Below are positions 1-11,734 of a stretch of DNA of 64,000 nt, piece after piece. The first letter of the stretch is position 1; the number at the start of each line of letters is the position of its first letter. Under the pieces are notes generated by a model. It had not been told where the DNA came from. It searched no databases and saw only the letters and a list, made by a program, of their open reading frames with translations. Source of the stretch: Bugula neritina (lineage: Eukaryota > Animalia > Bryozoa); the NCBI GenBank assembly GCA_964035545.1, contig OZ037771.1, positions 9,612,280-9,676,279 on the forward strand, written 5' to 3'. A program made the position numbers and the translations under genes.

Positions 1-684
1 AAACAGTTCAAAATACATAAATAGAAGATAATATATCAGTAAAACATATATTTACATGATAGAAAAGAGAAGGGGGATGATACTCAGTTATTGCATCTTG
101 AAAAATATCAATACCAAAGGTTGTAATATAAGTTGTTGGAGTTTTGACCAATAGATATATAGTAATGTCCAGGTTGAAGATAATAAAATAAAAATGAGTG
201 GAATGAAAACATAAAACGAAATGAACAATAAAATGTCACCATTATAAGTATATATTTGTTTCAGAATACTCTATTTTAAAAAATGCAGCAATTGCAGTAG
301 ATTATAGAGTGATACAAATACAAAAATTTACAAAAACAATGAAATGGAGTATAATAACATAACTTTAATAATTCAATATCATTTATTTATCAAAGTACAA
401 TTAAATAAAAAATTAATTAATATTTGAGTACAACTATACTATTTGACCTAATATTATTACTAATCAGTTAGTATTACATGATTAGTACAAAAATATCAGT
501 ATTACTAATAGTATTACTAAAAATAACGTCCAAGTCTAATAGTAGCACTTATAGAATTATAGTTACAAATAGACAAAAAACATAGTGCGGTAAAGTAACA
601 CGCTATGAGTATTACTATGAGTCTACAATTCGTTAACATAAACAACTTAAACTACAGTTATATTGAAATACGATTTAAACTGAA

Positions 685-859
685 AATATAATTCATAGTC
701 TAACCGCCGCACAGATGTGAAAAAAGTTGAATTAGTATAGTGTCTACCTGACCATACAGCTGACAAAGGGTCTCCCTTATATCACCTACATCAGTGCTCG
801 TATTCATTACTAGCTTTAAACCTGATGGCGTTTCATAATAATGCAGTTTATATTTGCTA
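685..859 (-). pseudogene. Partial duplicate of TRAPPC1 exon 3 plus adjacent intron (copy of 5284-5459)
   Basis: Near-identical direct repeat; SKYKLHYYETPSGLKLVMNTSTDVGDIRETLCQLYGQ; lacks the first ~9-10 codons of exon 3. Confidence 0.85.
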
Positions 860-1838
860 TTGAAATTTGATAAAGATATAATCATAGTAACATAAATTAC
901 ATTAAAGCAGAAATTTATCTTAAAATTCTATTGCCTCCAACAGGCTGCACATCACTAGCAAAAATTAATATCGACACTTTGTAATTATGCTTCTCTAAAA
1001 TACCTAAATGACAATAGAGGCTTTTCACAAGTCCCTCTGGGGACATTTGTATTTTGGAGTTGTCTCCTCCCAGACGGGCGAGGTGTAGTCTCCATGACAT
1101 ATAAAACAAGCACATAAAATCAGTATAACTTTGTGGTTTGTGTGAGGACTATTACTAGTACGAGTTTCATTTTTTCTGAGATTAATATTTTGGCATAAAC
1201 ACACAGTTTAGCAGTTCCAGAAAAATTTTAAAAGTTTTCTTTCTTCAAAAATCTTGAGAAAAATTAAGTTCAAAGCATGTTTGTGGTTTTGGTTACTGCA
1301 TGAGCAAGCTGAATTGGCAACTATGAGATAAGTCCCATTAATCATTTGTTATACTGGCTGTCATATCCAATTTATAGCTGTTGACCTTTCAACTCTTTGG
1401 TCAGAATCTGCAATTAACACAGTCTTAGAGCACTGCTAGTGAAGGAAACAGCAGATTAGCTGTGTTAGCATTTTTATTACACTTACACTTTATTACACAA
1501 TAGCTAGACTATAACCTCAACATCCATCATTTTCACAAAAAGCATTCTCACAAAACTATAAATATATATTAAATAGACAGATTAAATTTGTAGTATCAAA
1601 ATGATGTGTGGTAGCATGTGCATTTAATTATACTTTGAAAAGTTTGTGCTACATTATGTTCAAGGGACCGTGAATGCTTTACATATTTTCATGTTATCGC
1701 TAAAACTTCTTTAAAATATTACCAAGAAAAGCAAAGCTCAGTTTATGCAAAAGAATTATTAAAAAAACTTTATATTTAGGCAGGCATCTTTTCATTTATT
1801 AATAGTTTTATTTAAAAGATTTAATTGAAATGTTATAC

Positions 1839-3399
1839 TGTAATGGATTTCAGTAGTGCAACTAACAATTAGTTTATATATCGAAAGGGTCGACTCTATG
1901 TTATCTTATTGTGGAGGTTGACTACATCGACTCCCAGCCAACGTACATCTTACAGTCGACAGTGGCACCACTAATAGCTTATTCACACACGATGTTTTTT
2001 GTTCGTTGGGTCCTACGAATGCCCAACTAACAATCATCGCACCTCTTTGTCGCGCCAGCTGCAATAATAGTGTATAGTTGCTTAGCAACAGTGCTTTTAC
2101 TAGCAAAGTTGTGACTAGTTAAATTTAGCGATAACTAAGTAAAAATAATTATAATCAAATATGAAACATTTAAATTATGACAAATTTATTAGCCAAACAA
2201 AACCTAAAGATTTAGTAGATTTATGTTTAACAACAGTTGGACTGTTAAAAGGAAATGAAAATGACACGTAAAACTGCAATGCCGTAGTCGTGCTTTTATA
2301 TCAAACTCAAACTGATTATTTATTTTTTCGTAGCCTTTCATTACTTATTCTACTTATATTTTTTATTGTTGCTAAATAAAAAATTAAAATGACCTGTTTT
2401 ATAGTAGTTTTTCTATGAAAGAACTATAGCTAAGATGTTTCAGCTGGAACAATTATAAAATAAAATAGAAGTTGGTAGTGTCTACTTTAGGTGAAATGAT
2501 TCAGTTGCATCAGTTTCAATTTAACTACATTTTAACTTTTTTTCAAGTCACTGCTACTCATTGTGCACATCAACTCAGTTGCCTACGTGCATCTTTGTAT
2601 TCAAGATCACAAAGATCATACTGATACAGTGCAGCTGGTCAAGCTATGATGATTTCTATAAAAAAACGTACTTCCGTCATGAAAACTGCTTGAAATAATT
2701 TTAAAATGCTGCTGACTAGCAAAATAATATGTTTCCTACAAATTTGCTCATTTTGATTAATTAGCAATTATTATTATTAATATTACTAAAATATTGATTA
2801 TTTAGTTTAGTTACAATGCCGCAATGTTTGCCATGTGCATTATGCCCGCGCTTTTTGCTTTTTTAAATAAGCCAATGATGTGCGATCAGATAAAATTTGT
2901 CAGCTGAAACCTAGCTGGGTCAGGTTCCAACGAAACTGTGAAAAGTCGATCACGTGATCCAAAACGAACAAACTCTTCTGCTGTCAGACCAATCAAAGAA
3001 CGCTAGTTTGGCGCAATTGACGCAATTGTCCGATCACGTGATCCAAAACTAACAAAATTTGTATTCGTCGTGCCATTTTGGTTCGCTATTCGTCCAATTC
3101 GTTGATCGTGTGAATAAGCTATAATACCAGCCAATCAGGAAGGACTGTTAATTGATAGCAGGTGGAGCTAGCTACGCGTAGTGGAAGCACGCTGAGTAGC
3201 TAGCCGGGCAGAGCAGCTTGGGACTTAGCTTAGAGTAGTTGTGTGCAAAGTGCTCAGTGTTATGTAATCGTACAATTCATGTTAGTAATTCAATTCTTGT
3301 ATCTTGTAAATAATGAACTTGTTATAACGTAAATAACCTGGTGTAGTAGCTTTGTATAAGTCGACCCACATAATATAGTGAATTGAGAAACTCACTACA
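1839..3399 (+). mobile_element. Solo LTR of the G4 Gypsy family, interrupted by a MITE
   Basis: TGTAATGGATTTCAG...CACTACA is homologous to LTRs 40773-41191 and 47909-48327; perfect 4-bp TSD ATAC (1835-1838, 3400-3403). Confidence 0.93.
1975..3121. mobile_element. MITE with TAA TSD (PIF/Harbinger-like) inside the solo LTR
   Basis: TIR TAGCTTATTCACAC...GTGTGAATAAGCTA, TAA on both sides; removing it restores the LTR. Confidence 0.85.
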
Positions 3400-4890
3400 A
3401 TACTTGATTTTAACTTACATATTATTCTCACTAATGCCTATCTTAGCTGTAATATTCTAATTGGTGCTGTCATGACTTGTAGCTAACTTCTAAAATTTTA
3501 TGTCATTCAAATGTGAGTCTCAAATTAAAGAAAGGCTTTATAACACTTTGTGACCCATGGGATCAAGCAAGCTAGTTGTATAACTGCAGCTGAGTGTCAA
3601 TGACATTAGCTCATGATATTTGAAGCATGAGAAGTTGAGAAGCTTTAACATTAAACAGTTTAACTGAAAACCCAAGCAAAATGTTAATAACCCAATTTTA
3701 TCAACATGCTTTCACTGCTTCACTTGTAAGAATCTGCTTAATACTTTTCAACCAGAATTTCCTTCTAAAGTAATTTTCAGATAATTCAGTTTATGCTGCA
3801 ATTTGATGAGTTGGGAAACTTGGACTTTCAGGTGCAGTAGTGATTAGATTAGTTTACCTATTTTATATTATACCAATTTTATCATATAACTATATTTTAA
3901 CCTACCATGCACCTACATTAACTAGGATCTTGAATCTACCGCAGCTGACGGAGATGACTACTACACACAAGGTAGATCCAGTACTAACGGAAAAATTGAG
4001 AAAAGCCTTTGTTCTAGATTAGAAATTTAGCAAAAAAGTTGTGTTATACGCAACACCAACATTTGCAAAGAAATTTAAAGAGCTTAGGCTATCTCAATTT
4101 CTTCACTACTGCATGCTCCTAAATGCTACAAGCCACAGGCATAATTAAGAAATAACAAAACTGTAACACAAGGGCCTGAATGCCAACTGCTAAAAGGCTA
4201 TCTGAGTTTTTGATTAAATTATCTAGATATATATTTATTTGAGCACAATTGTTACAATTGCAATAGATGCATTTAACCTGTATAAGAGAATTAACAGACA
4301 TGTATCAATACACATTTCATATTCGATCTATACTACAAATTTAATCTGTCTATTTAAAATATATCTATAGCTTTGTAAAAATGCTTTTTGTGAAAATGAT
4401 GGATGTTGAGGTAGCCTAGCTATTCTCATAGCATAAGTGTATAAGTATAGTTAATTTAACATTCTAACACAGCTAATCTGCTGTAACAAATGATTAATGG
4501 GACTTATCTCATAGTTGCCAATTCAGCTTGCTCATGCAGTAACCAAAACCACAAACATGCTTTGAACTTAATTTCTCTCAAGATTTTTGAAGAAAAAAAA
4601 TTTTAAAATTTTTTCCGAAACTGCTAACCTGTGTGCTTATGCCAAAATATTAATCTCAGGAAAAATGAAACTCGTACTAGTAATAGTCCTCACACAAACC
4701 ACAAAGTTATACTGATTTTATGTGCTTGTTTTATATGTCATGGAGACTACACCTCGCCCGTCTGGGAGGAGACAACTCCAAAATACAAATGTCCCCAGAG
4801 GGACTTGTGAAAAGCCTCTATAGAGAGAAGCTTCGTTAATATTTTTTATTTGTATGAGTAACATGTTTAGAATGTAAATTATACAACTAA

Positions 4891-5271
4891 AGGCCTGGTC
4901 TCACGATCGTGAAAATCACAAGAAAATCATGTGGCGATTTTCGTAAGTTATCCTCTTGTTTTGACCAGCCACACACTCGTCGGACGAAACACATAGAAAT
5001 TAGTCCGTGAATGAGTCTTGCACGAGATACAAACAGCAGAAAATTGCAAAACAGAGAAACGTGATAAAAATAAAATAATCACTGTTGCTAAAATTCTGTT
5101 GACCAATCAAATGGTGCTTATCTTTGATTGTGATTTTTCGTTCATCGTCATCGTTGTGTACACCCAACGAAGACGATTTTGTTTGAATTCCCTCAAATGT
5201 TTTCATACGAATGTTTTTTTCGTGTCAAATAGACGCTTTCGTGTGATTCTCACGATCGTGAAGCCATGCCT
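4891..5271. mobile_element. Harbinger-like MITE
   Basis: Imperfect ~29-bp TIRs AGGCCTGGTCTCACGATCGTGAAAATCAC / GTGATTCTCACGATCGTGAAGCCATGCCT; flanks TAA and TTA (TWA type). Confidence 0.7.
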
Positions 5272-5347
5272 TTAGGGTCTAATAATATAATTCATCGTAT
5301 AACCGCCGCACAGATGTGAAAAAAAGTTGAATTAGTATAGTGTCTAC

Positions 5348-5486
5348 CTGACTATACAGCTGACGAAGGGTCTCCCTTATATCACCTACATCAGTGCTCG
5401 TATTCATTACTAGCTTTAAACCTGATGGCTTTTCATAATAATGCAGTTTATATTTGCTAGTCTGGTAATTGAGGAAACCATCTTTA
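5348..5486 (-). CDS. TRAPPC1: TRAPPC1 exon 3 (final exon not found in window)
   Basis: TTTTAG|T AAA GAT..., translates (C)KDGFLNYQTSKYKLHYYEKPSGLKLVMNTSTDVGDIRETLRQLYSQ, CAG|GTAGAC donor. Confidence 0.9.
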
Positions 5487-5764
5487 CTAAAATGTATATC
5501 AACACATAAAAACGAATATTTTACTGAAACAATTCCAATAGAGAATTGACAAATAGCAACATAAAAAGCAACCTAAAGCAAATTAGAAATTAATTAAACA
5601 TAAAGGTGTGCTGGATTATGTATAATGAACAAAAGGAATAGCAACAAGCACCCCTATGAACAGATAAGGATTGGTTTGCATCTTTCATGGGTTTAGAGTG
5701 AAAATGGTTCAAATAAATGAATCCATGGCGAACGTATTCAAAGTAAAAGTTGTAGCTCACTTAC

Positions 5765-5835
5765 CAGTCAAGTGGAGACAATCGCTTCACAAATGATCTC
5801 AAAGAGAACAGCATACCATACATATTTTGAAACTC
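5765..5835 (-). CDS. TRAPPC1: TRAPPC1 exon 2
   Basis: TAG|GAG..., translates EFQNMYGMLFSLRSFVKRLSPLD (cf. EYKLMYGMLFSIRSFVSKMSPLD), TG|GTAAGT donor; phases 0/2 fit exons 1 and 3. Confidence 0.92.
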
Positions 5836-6789
5836 CTACAGTTAATCAAAAAGATTTGACTGTAAAACATGCAGGCTCATTGTGCAGCACAATGCACCAT
5901 TGTAGAAATATATTAATTTTCAGATTTCCTGCATTTACATATGCAGTACGAAAATACTATATTTGTAAATAAAAGACATATTTTGATGTGTTTCTGCAAT
6001 AATGTTAAATAAAATAAACTATAAAATAAAAAAAGATGAAGAAAAGCCAAAGGTTTTACCAACTTACCGCCTTGCTCTGAAAACCTAATCTTACATATCA
6101 AAAGCCCCAAAACGATAGAAAATCTCAGAACAATTTAGCATTACTACATGACTGATATATGATATTCACCTACTACAATTATTTTATTAAATTACCAACT
6201 TTAAATTCCAAATTATCATTTAAATTTAGGACAGTTGAATTCAATTGTGCAATGAGTATAAAGTAGAGATCAGCAACTTGAATAAACAGCATTATGCTGA
6301 CTGCTTTAAATTCAAAACCATTTATTAATATCAACATTATTATCCAGACATTGCCAACAATTATAGTAACTTCTTAAAAACAAAATCATTACATGTAATT
6401 ATGCTCCATTTACTGAATGTATTTAATTTGATACGAATACAAATTTAATACTAATAGCAACAGTAATACACATTCACAGTTAAATTGTCATTGTGGTTAA
6501 CATTTATATTTATATTTTCATTAACTTACATTTTCAGGTTAAAATAAACACAGAGTAAAAATTATACTAACAGCAATACCATCAGACTTATTACAATATC
6601 AGTATCACAAGTGATACAAATACTCGTAGTAATAGTATTTTATGAGTAATTGTAATAGTGATAGTAATACCTGAACCCACTCTCATAGTCATACCGATAT
6701 TAGTCTTAATATTATTACTGCTGTAGCATTCATGGCGACAGTATCACTTAAAATTTCCAAGCTAAACTTAATAATGATTATAATAACAA

Positions 6790-8910
6790 TAATTGAAGAA
6801 CTGAATCAAAATCTGGGTGCTGTAAGCCAGAAGAGATAGCACTAGTAGACCAGCATTATCAAAAGAGGTGTTTACAAACGAGAAATGCTTGAATCAAGAT
6901 TTACAGAGAAATGAAAACGATACACATAAAGAGGCATCAGTCAAAGAGTCTAAACCATTCTGGAAAAAATGCAGTGAGCCAACAAAGCATAACAGATTAA
7001 TGCAGAATGGGTATATAGAGTAAATAACAAAATGGAGTGCATAAAAAGATAGGGAAAAGCATTACAGCAGCTGATGTGAAAAAGATGGCATGCGAAATAC
7101 CCAATTGGAAATCACTAGGACCAGATGAAATTCAATAATTCTGGATCAAGCATGACAAAATTGCACACATTTTTTATCTGATTATGATGGTAATTATCAG
7201 CAAAAATGTTTGGAAAATAACATCAATAACATGAGGAAAAGCAGCAGTGATCATGAAAGGCCCAGCTAATGGAAAACATGGGAAAATTGACAGGCATATT
7301 AGCTGATAAGCTGTACGGCCATCTCTCAAGTCAGAATGTCGTTTGGGGAGAACAAAAAAGCTGCATAAAACAGTTTAGGGGCACTAAAGATCGCCTTATG
7401 CTTGATAAGGCAATAACAAATGACTTAAATCAGAGAGGCACTAATTTATGTAGCAATGTGTTGAATCGATTACCAGAAGACGTATGACATACGACCATAC
7501 TTATGGATATTAGAGACAATGCAATTATCTCGAAAGGCTAGTAACGTGATTAGATCAACAAGAAGAAAAACATGGAGTACCTTGAAGAAAAGATCAGAGA
7601 AATAGACATCAAGTGAGGAATTTTCTAAGGAGACTTTTTACATCCACTTCTCTTTGTGACTGCTTCTATTACTATCAATTCTACGAATAGAACCGGCAGA
7701 AGAATACAAGTTTAGTCAGGGCAAGAAAATAAACCATCTCCTCTATACAGATGAGCTAAAGCTTCACAAGAAGTCTAAGCCAATAATGAAAGTTTCAGTA
7801 AATACTGTCAGGATCTTTACAAGATATGAAGAAATAAAATTTGGATTATGAAAATGTTCCATACCTGTTATGAGCAGAGGGGAGAAAATTAAGGACACAA
7901 GAATTAGTCTGCCTGATGAATAGGTTATCCGAGAACTAGGCGAAGAGTTTTATAACTATTTTGGAGTTGTTGATATGAATAAAATAAAAACAGAAAAACT
8001 GTAAAACAAAATCTAGAAAGAGTGCTATAAACAAATGAGAAAAGTTATAGACTCAAAACTGAATGGGAGAAATATCATAAGAAAAACAAATACATGGACT
8101 TAGCCAAAATACTTGACTGAACTGTTAATAAGAAAAGACATGGACCGAAAGACAAAAAAGTTTATGACAATAAATCATATACTCTATCAGGGAGCAGATG
8201 TGAACAGGCTGTATATTAGGAGAAGAAAAAAGGGAGAGGAATGAGGTCAATTGCAGGATTTGTAAAGGATAAAGAATGCAGCATGTCAGATTACATAAGA
8301 AAAACATGTATTGATGAATACACCACTATGAACAACTTCCTAAAGGACAAAACAGCAGTAGAACTAAAAAATTATAAAGTGATAAAATGAATTGATGGGC
8401 AGAAAAACGGCTCTACATGGCGAGTACATTGAAAGGGTGGAAGAAATGAAATCATACTCATAGGATTAGTTAAAGTTTGGTTGGTTGAAAAAGGCAACAA
8501 AAAAGCTGCTGTTGGTTGCGCACGATCAAGCACTCTGTACTAAAAATTATGAAGTGCCTATAATGAAATATCAAGGCAGCAATAAGTGTCGGGTGTGTAA
8601 TACAAGGGATGAAACTGGGATGTAGATACTGAGTGAATGTGGGAAGCTAGCACAAAAAGAATATAAAAAAAATTGACAGTGGGGCATCAATAATTCACTG
8701 CGAGCCATGTGAAACTTACAGGCTTCAGATGAGCAAGAACTGGTATGACCACCGAGCAGTGTCAGTACTGGAAAATGACAATGAAAAACTTTTTATGGGA
8801 GTTCAACATACACACCGATAGTCATTAAAGCTATAAGGCCTGATATAGTGGTAGCTGACAAGTGTAATGTGGAAACAAAGATAATCAATATCACAGTCTC
8901 TGATTAGGCT
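6790..8910 (+). mobile_element. Degenerate R4/Dong-like non-LTR retrotransposon (RT, CCHC, restriction-like endonuclease)
   Basis: Broken-frame motifs: GPDEIQ.FWIK, EQKSC..QFRGTKDRLMLDK, GIF*GD, NHLLYTDELKL, KCRVC...ILSECGKLAQKEYK, LWEFNIHTD..IKAIRPDIVVAD; preceded by a TAA-rich tract. Confidence 0.8.
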
Positions 8911-8956
8911 ACTGCTGAGTAAAAGAGAAAGAATCAGAAAAGATAAAAAGACCCAC

Positions 8957-8958
<2 letters not shown>

Positions 8959-9000
<42 letters not shown>

Positions 9001-9012
9001 CGTGCGTGTGTG
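8959..9012 (+). repeat. (TG)n/(TGCG)n microsatellite, probably the 3' tail of the adjacent minus-strand LINE
   Basis: Direct reading; follows AATAAA on the minus strand. Confidence 0.9.
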
Positions 9013-9990
9013 TATTTTATTTCATCATAATATAGTGTTTTACAACTAGCATAAGTTACAAGAGCAGACAAACTATTAGAAAAGAAACATAGTAACAAAT
9101 AACAGTATATAAAAATAAAGCTGTCGGATGTGATGATGAGGCCCAGTGCGAAATAGCATGGCTAGTGGTACGCGGGCCCAATGTTGGCATAACCATACAA
9201 GGCACCACAGATCACTCAACAGAGTAGAGGTGATGCCTCAATTCCGTTTTAAATTTACCAAGTGGCTGTATAATCTTTAAAAATTTAGGCAACTTATTCC
9301 ACAGTGCAGATATTACAAAATTGGAGGTCTGTTGACCAGCAAATGAGGAATAAAATGGAACAGGAAGAGAATGCAACTGATGACGAGTAGTATAGTGAGA
9401 GTGTGTCGAAAAGCTTCCTGAATAGTAGATTTTATGAGCTTTAATTAGCAGTTTGTCCTTATACAACTTGTCAACTGGTAAAATGTCTGAATTCCTAAAC
9501 AGGTCTTTAGAATGGTATCTAAAACGTTTGCGGTGAATTATACGGACAATTTTCTTTTGAAATTTTATCACTCTATCAAGATGGACCCTGGATGCATTCC
9601 CCCATAATTCTATAGAGTAGCACAACCTGGAATGTATAAGTGAATAGTATAACATAATCAAATTTTTTTTAGGAGCGAATGCATTTAAACAATAAAAAAG
9701 TCCCGAAATTGGTCGAAGATTTAATAATATTTTCTGAATGTGGGATGACCAGTTTAAATTTCTATCAATTATCACACCTGAAAATTTTACTTTGTCAACT
9801 GCTGTTATTGGTTTGCCATTTATTGTTAATTTTAAATCAAATTGGAACCTATTTTGATAGTTCTTTAAAATAATGTAAGATGTTTTTTCATAAATAATTG
9901 TTAGCTTATTTATCTGGCACTATTTACATAGTCTTTTAAGATCAGAAGAGATTTTCTCATATTTATTGTTTAAATTTTTGATTTTGATTG
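9013..9990 (-). mobile_element. 5'-truncated CR1/L2-group LINE (RT C-terminal region and 3' UTR)
   Basis: ORF 9212-9775 IIDRNLNWSSHI...LYYSLIHSRLCYSIELWG...LWNKLP...FKTELRHHL is typical of the end of CR1/L2-group ORF2. Confidence 0.8.
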
Positions 9991-10512
9991 TAAACATAAA
10001 CAAAGTCATCTCATTGTAATTGAAACCCTTGGAGCCACATACAATGCTGTAGATCGGATGGCACTACTTGCAGTAGCTAACTAACATACAGCTTTACAGT
10101 TACTGAGTTACTAAGATCAGCTCACATCTCGAGGGAAGTTGTACTTCTATCCATCCCAACCTAGTGGAACTATTACTAGACCGATGCCAATGATGAAGGA
10201 CTACACAAGCAAAAAGCTGTAATACTAATAGTGATATAACCAATAATAAAGATAAATCAAATGCTAATGAATAATGATCATAATATTAATAATTATAATA
10301 TCATTTAAATCGATATATAATTAAATATTCATTTTTTCATATTGATATTCATATTGATATTTAGTTTATATTATAATTATTACCTTGAACTTTGAAATTT
10401 CACGATTAAATTTTTTGTAAGTTCTAGTACTATTACAGCACTAATAAATAGTAGTACTAGTAGTAGCACTGCCCTATGAGTATGAGTTATGACTATGAGT
10501 AGGAAAACTTAC

Positions 10513-10608
10513 TTCGTCCTTAGGGAGGTTGGTAGGCTTTTTTCTGTTCCACTCTGCATGAAAAACACAGGTACCCAATCGATCAAATATGTAAAAATTG
10601 AAAATCAT
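10513..10608 (-). CDS. TRAPPC1: TRAPP complex subunit 1 (BET5), coding exon 1
   Basis: MIFNFYIFDRLGTCVFHAEWNRKKPTNLPKDE matches the TRAPPC1 N-terminus (human MTVHNLYLFDRNGVCLHYSEWHRKKQAGIPKEE); ends at GAA|GTAAGT donor. Confidence 0.92.
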
Positions 10609-11107
10609 CACAAGAATACCAAATTGTTCCAAAAGATAAATATAATTCTCAAGATAGTTTACATCAATGTTATTATGCATCAGTCAAAGTGCTAAAGTTT
10701 ACTCTGGTATGACCACTGAGCTGGAATAGTTGTTAATTATTGAGTTCATTGGGTATGACTATCAGTATTGTAGCCGGAGGTCCAGGTACATATTTACGCC
10801 AGAAAATAGCGTAGACGCGCAGAGTCTTAGCAGAGTGGTATATATATTAGGAGTGCCGACCTTAGGCAATCATATGGGCATCATTATGCCACAATTGGCA
10901 CCGCGAGTTTATATAAGTTATAAAGTGAAAATTTTGCCACTTTGTTACCTCATTATTTTTTATTTTATGTGTACATTTTTTTAGTTTTGTTATTTGGTGA
11001 AATTTCTAAACACATTTTTATAAATATAAAATTAAAAAAAATAGCACTCATACACGTAAAAACAAAGCTATAAAGTTAAAGTTTCGCTGTGATTACTATG
11101 TGAATAT

Positions 11108-11436
11108 TGTTATGATTTTCAGAATTAGGGTTGATATGCAATCCAGATAGTCTATCTACTTGCTAGAGAACTTCACCAGGATAAGTCGAGTGAAACGAGT
11201 ATATATTTTACACACAAGAACACATTACAAAAACTATACAAATACATTCAGTAATTCTACACATTTAGATCATTCAGCACTCTAACTTCGACTAACTAAC
11301 AGCGGGAAAGCTAACTACTGCTACTAACTATCAGTGTCGCATTGTTCCGGGTCAATTACGTGACCCCATGCTGTAGTAGCGGGGAAAAATAACATTTCCC
11401 CGTGTTACGTTGCTGGTAGCTCCACGAGCCACCACA
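11108..11436 (-). repeat. 3' LTR of G1
   Basis: Minus strand GGTGGGGCAG (PPT)|TGTGGTGGCTCG...ATCATAACA; termini resemble the G2 LTR. Confidence 0.8.
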
Positions 11437-11734
11437 CTGCCCCCACCAGCAGAAAGCCCTCTTTCTGATATAAAAAAACTTTACAATTAACTACGTACAT
11501 TAGTAGACCAAAAAGAAAAAACATAATATATATATATATATATAGATACACAATAACAGACACAATCATTATACAGCATGTCACATACAATTGGCCAGCT
11601 ATAGAGAAGGAATACCGGCTAGTTGTAGTATTGGACAAGAGGTCGAGCTGTCTAGCTGTCAAGCATTTGCATGATAGTCTTGGGTCCCCCAAGAGGGTAA
11701 GGCTTGCGGATCATTCCGGGCAGCAGAACCAGAG

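Larger units (their letters stand above)
1015..4820. mobile_element. Non-autonomous long-TIR (foldback-type) DNA element
   Basis: ~1015-1597 is the reverse complement of ~4330-4820 (termini TAGAGGCTTTTCACAAG...CTTGTGAAAAGCCTCTA, one ~100-bp indel); no transposase; TSD ambiguous. Confidence 0.8.

Noticed and set aside
1-5347. TRAPPC1 final exon (expected YVE.VVKNP...)
   Set aside because: Not found by eye on the minus strand; probably beyond the window's left edge or lost
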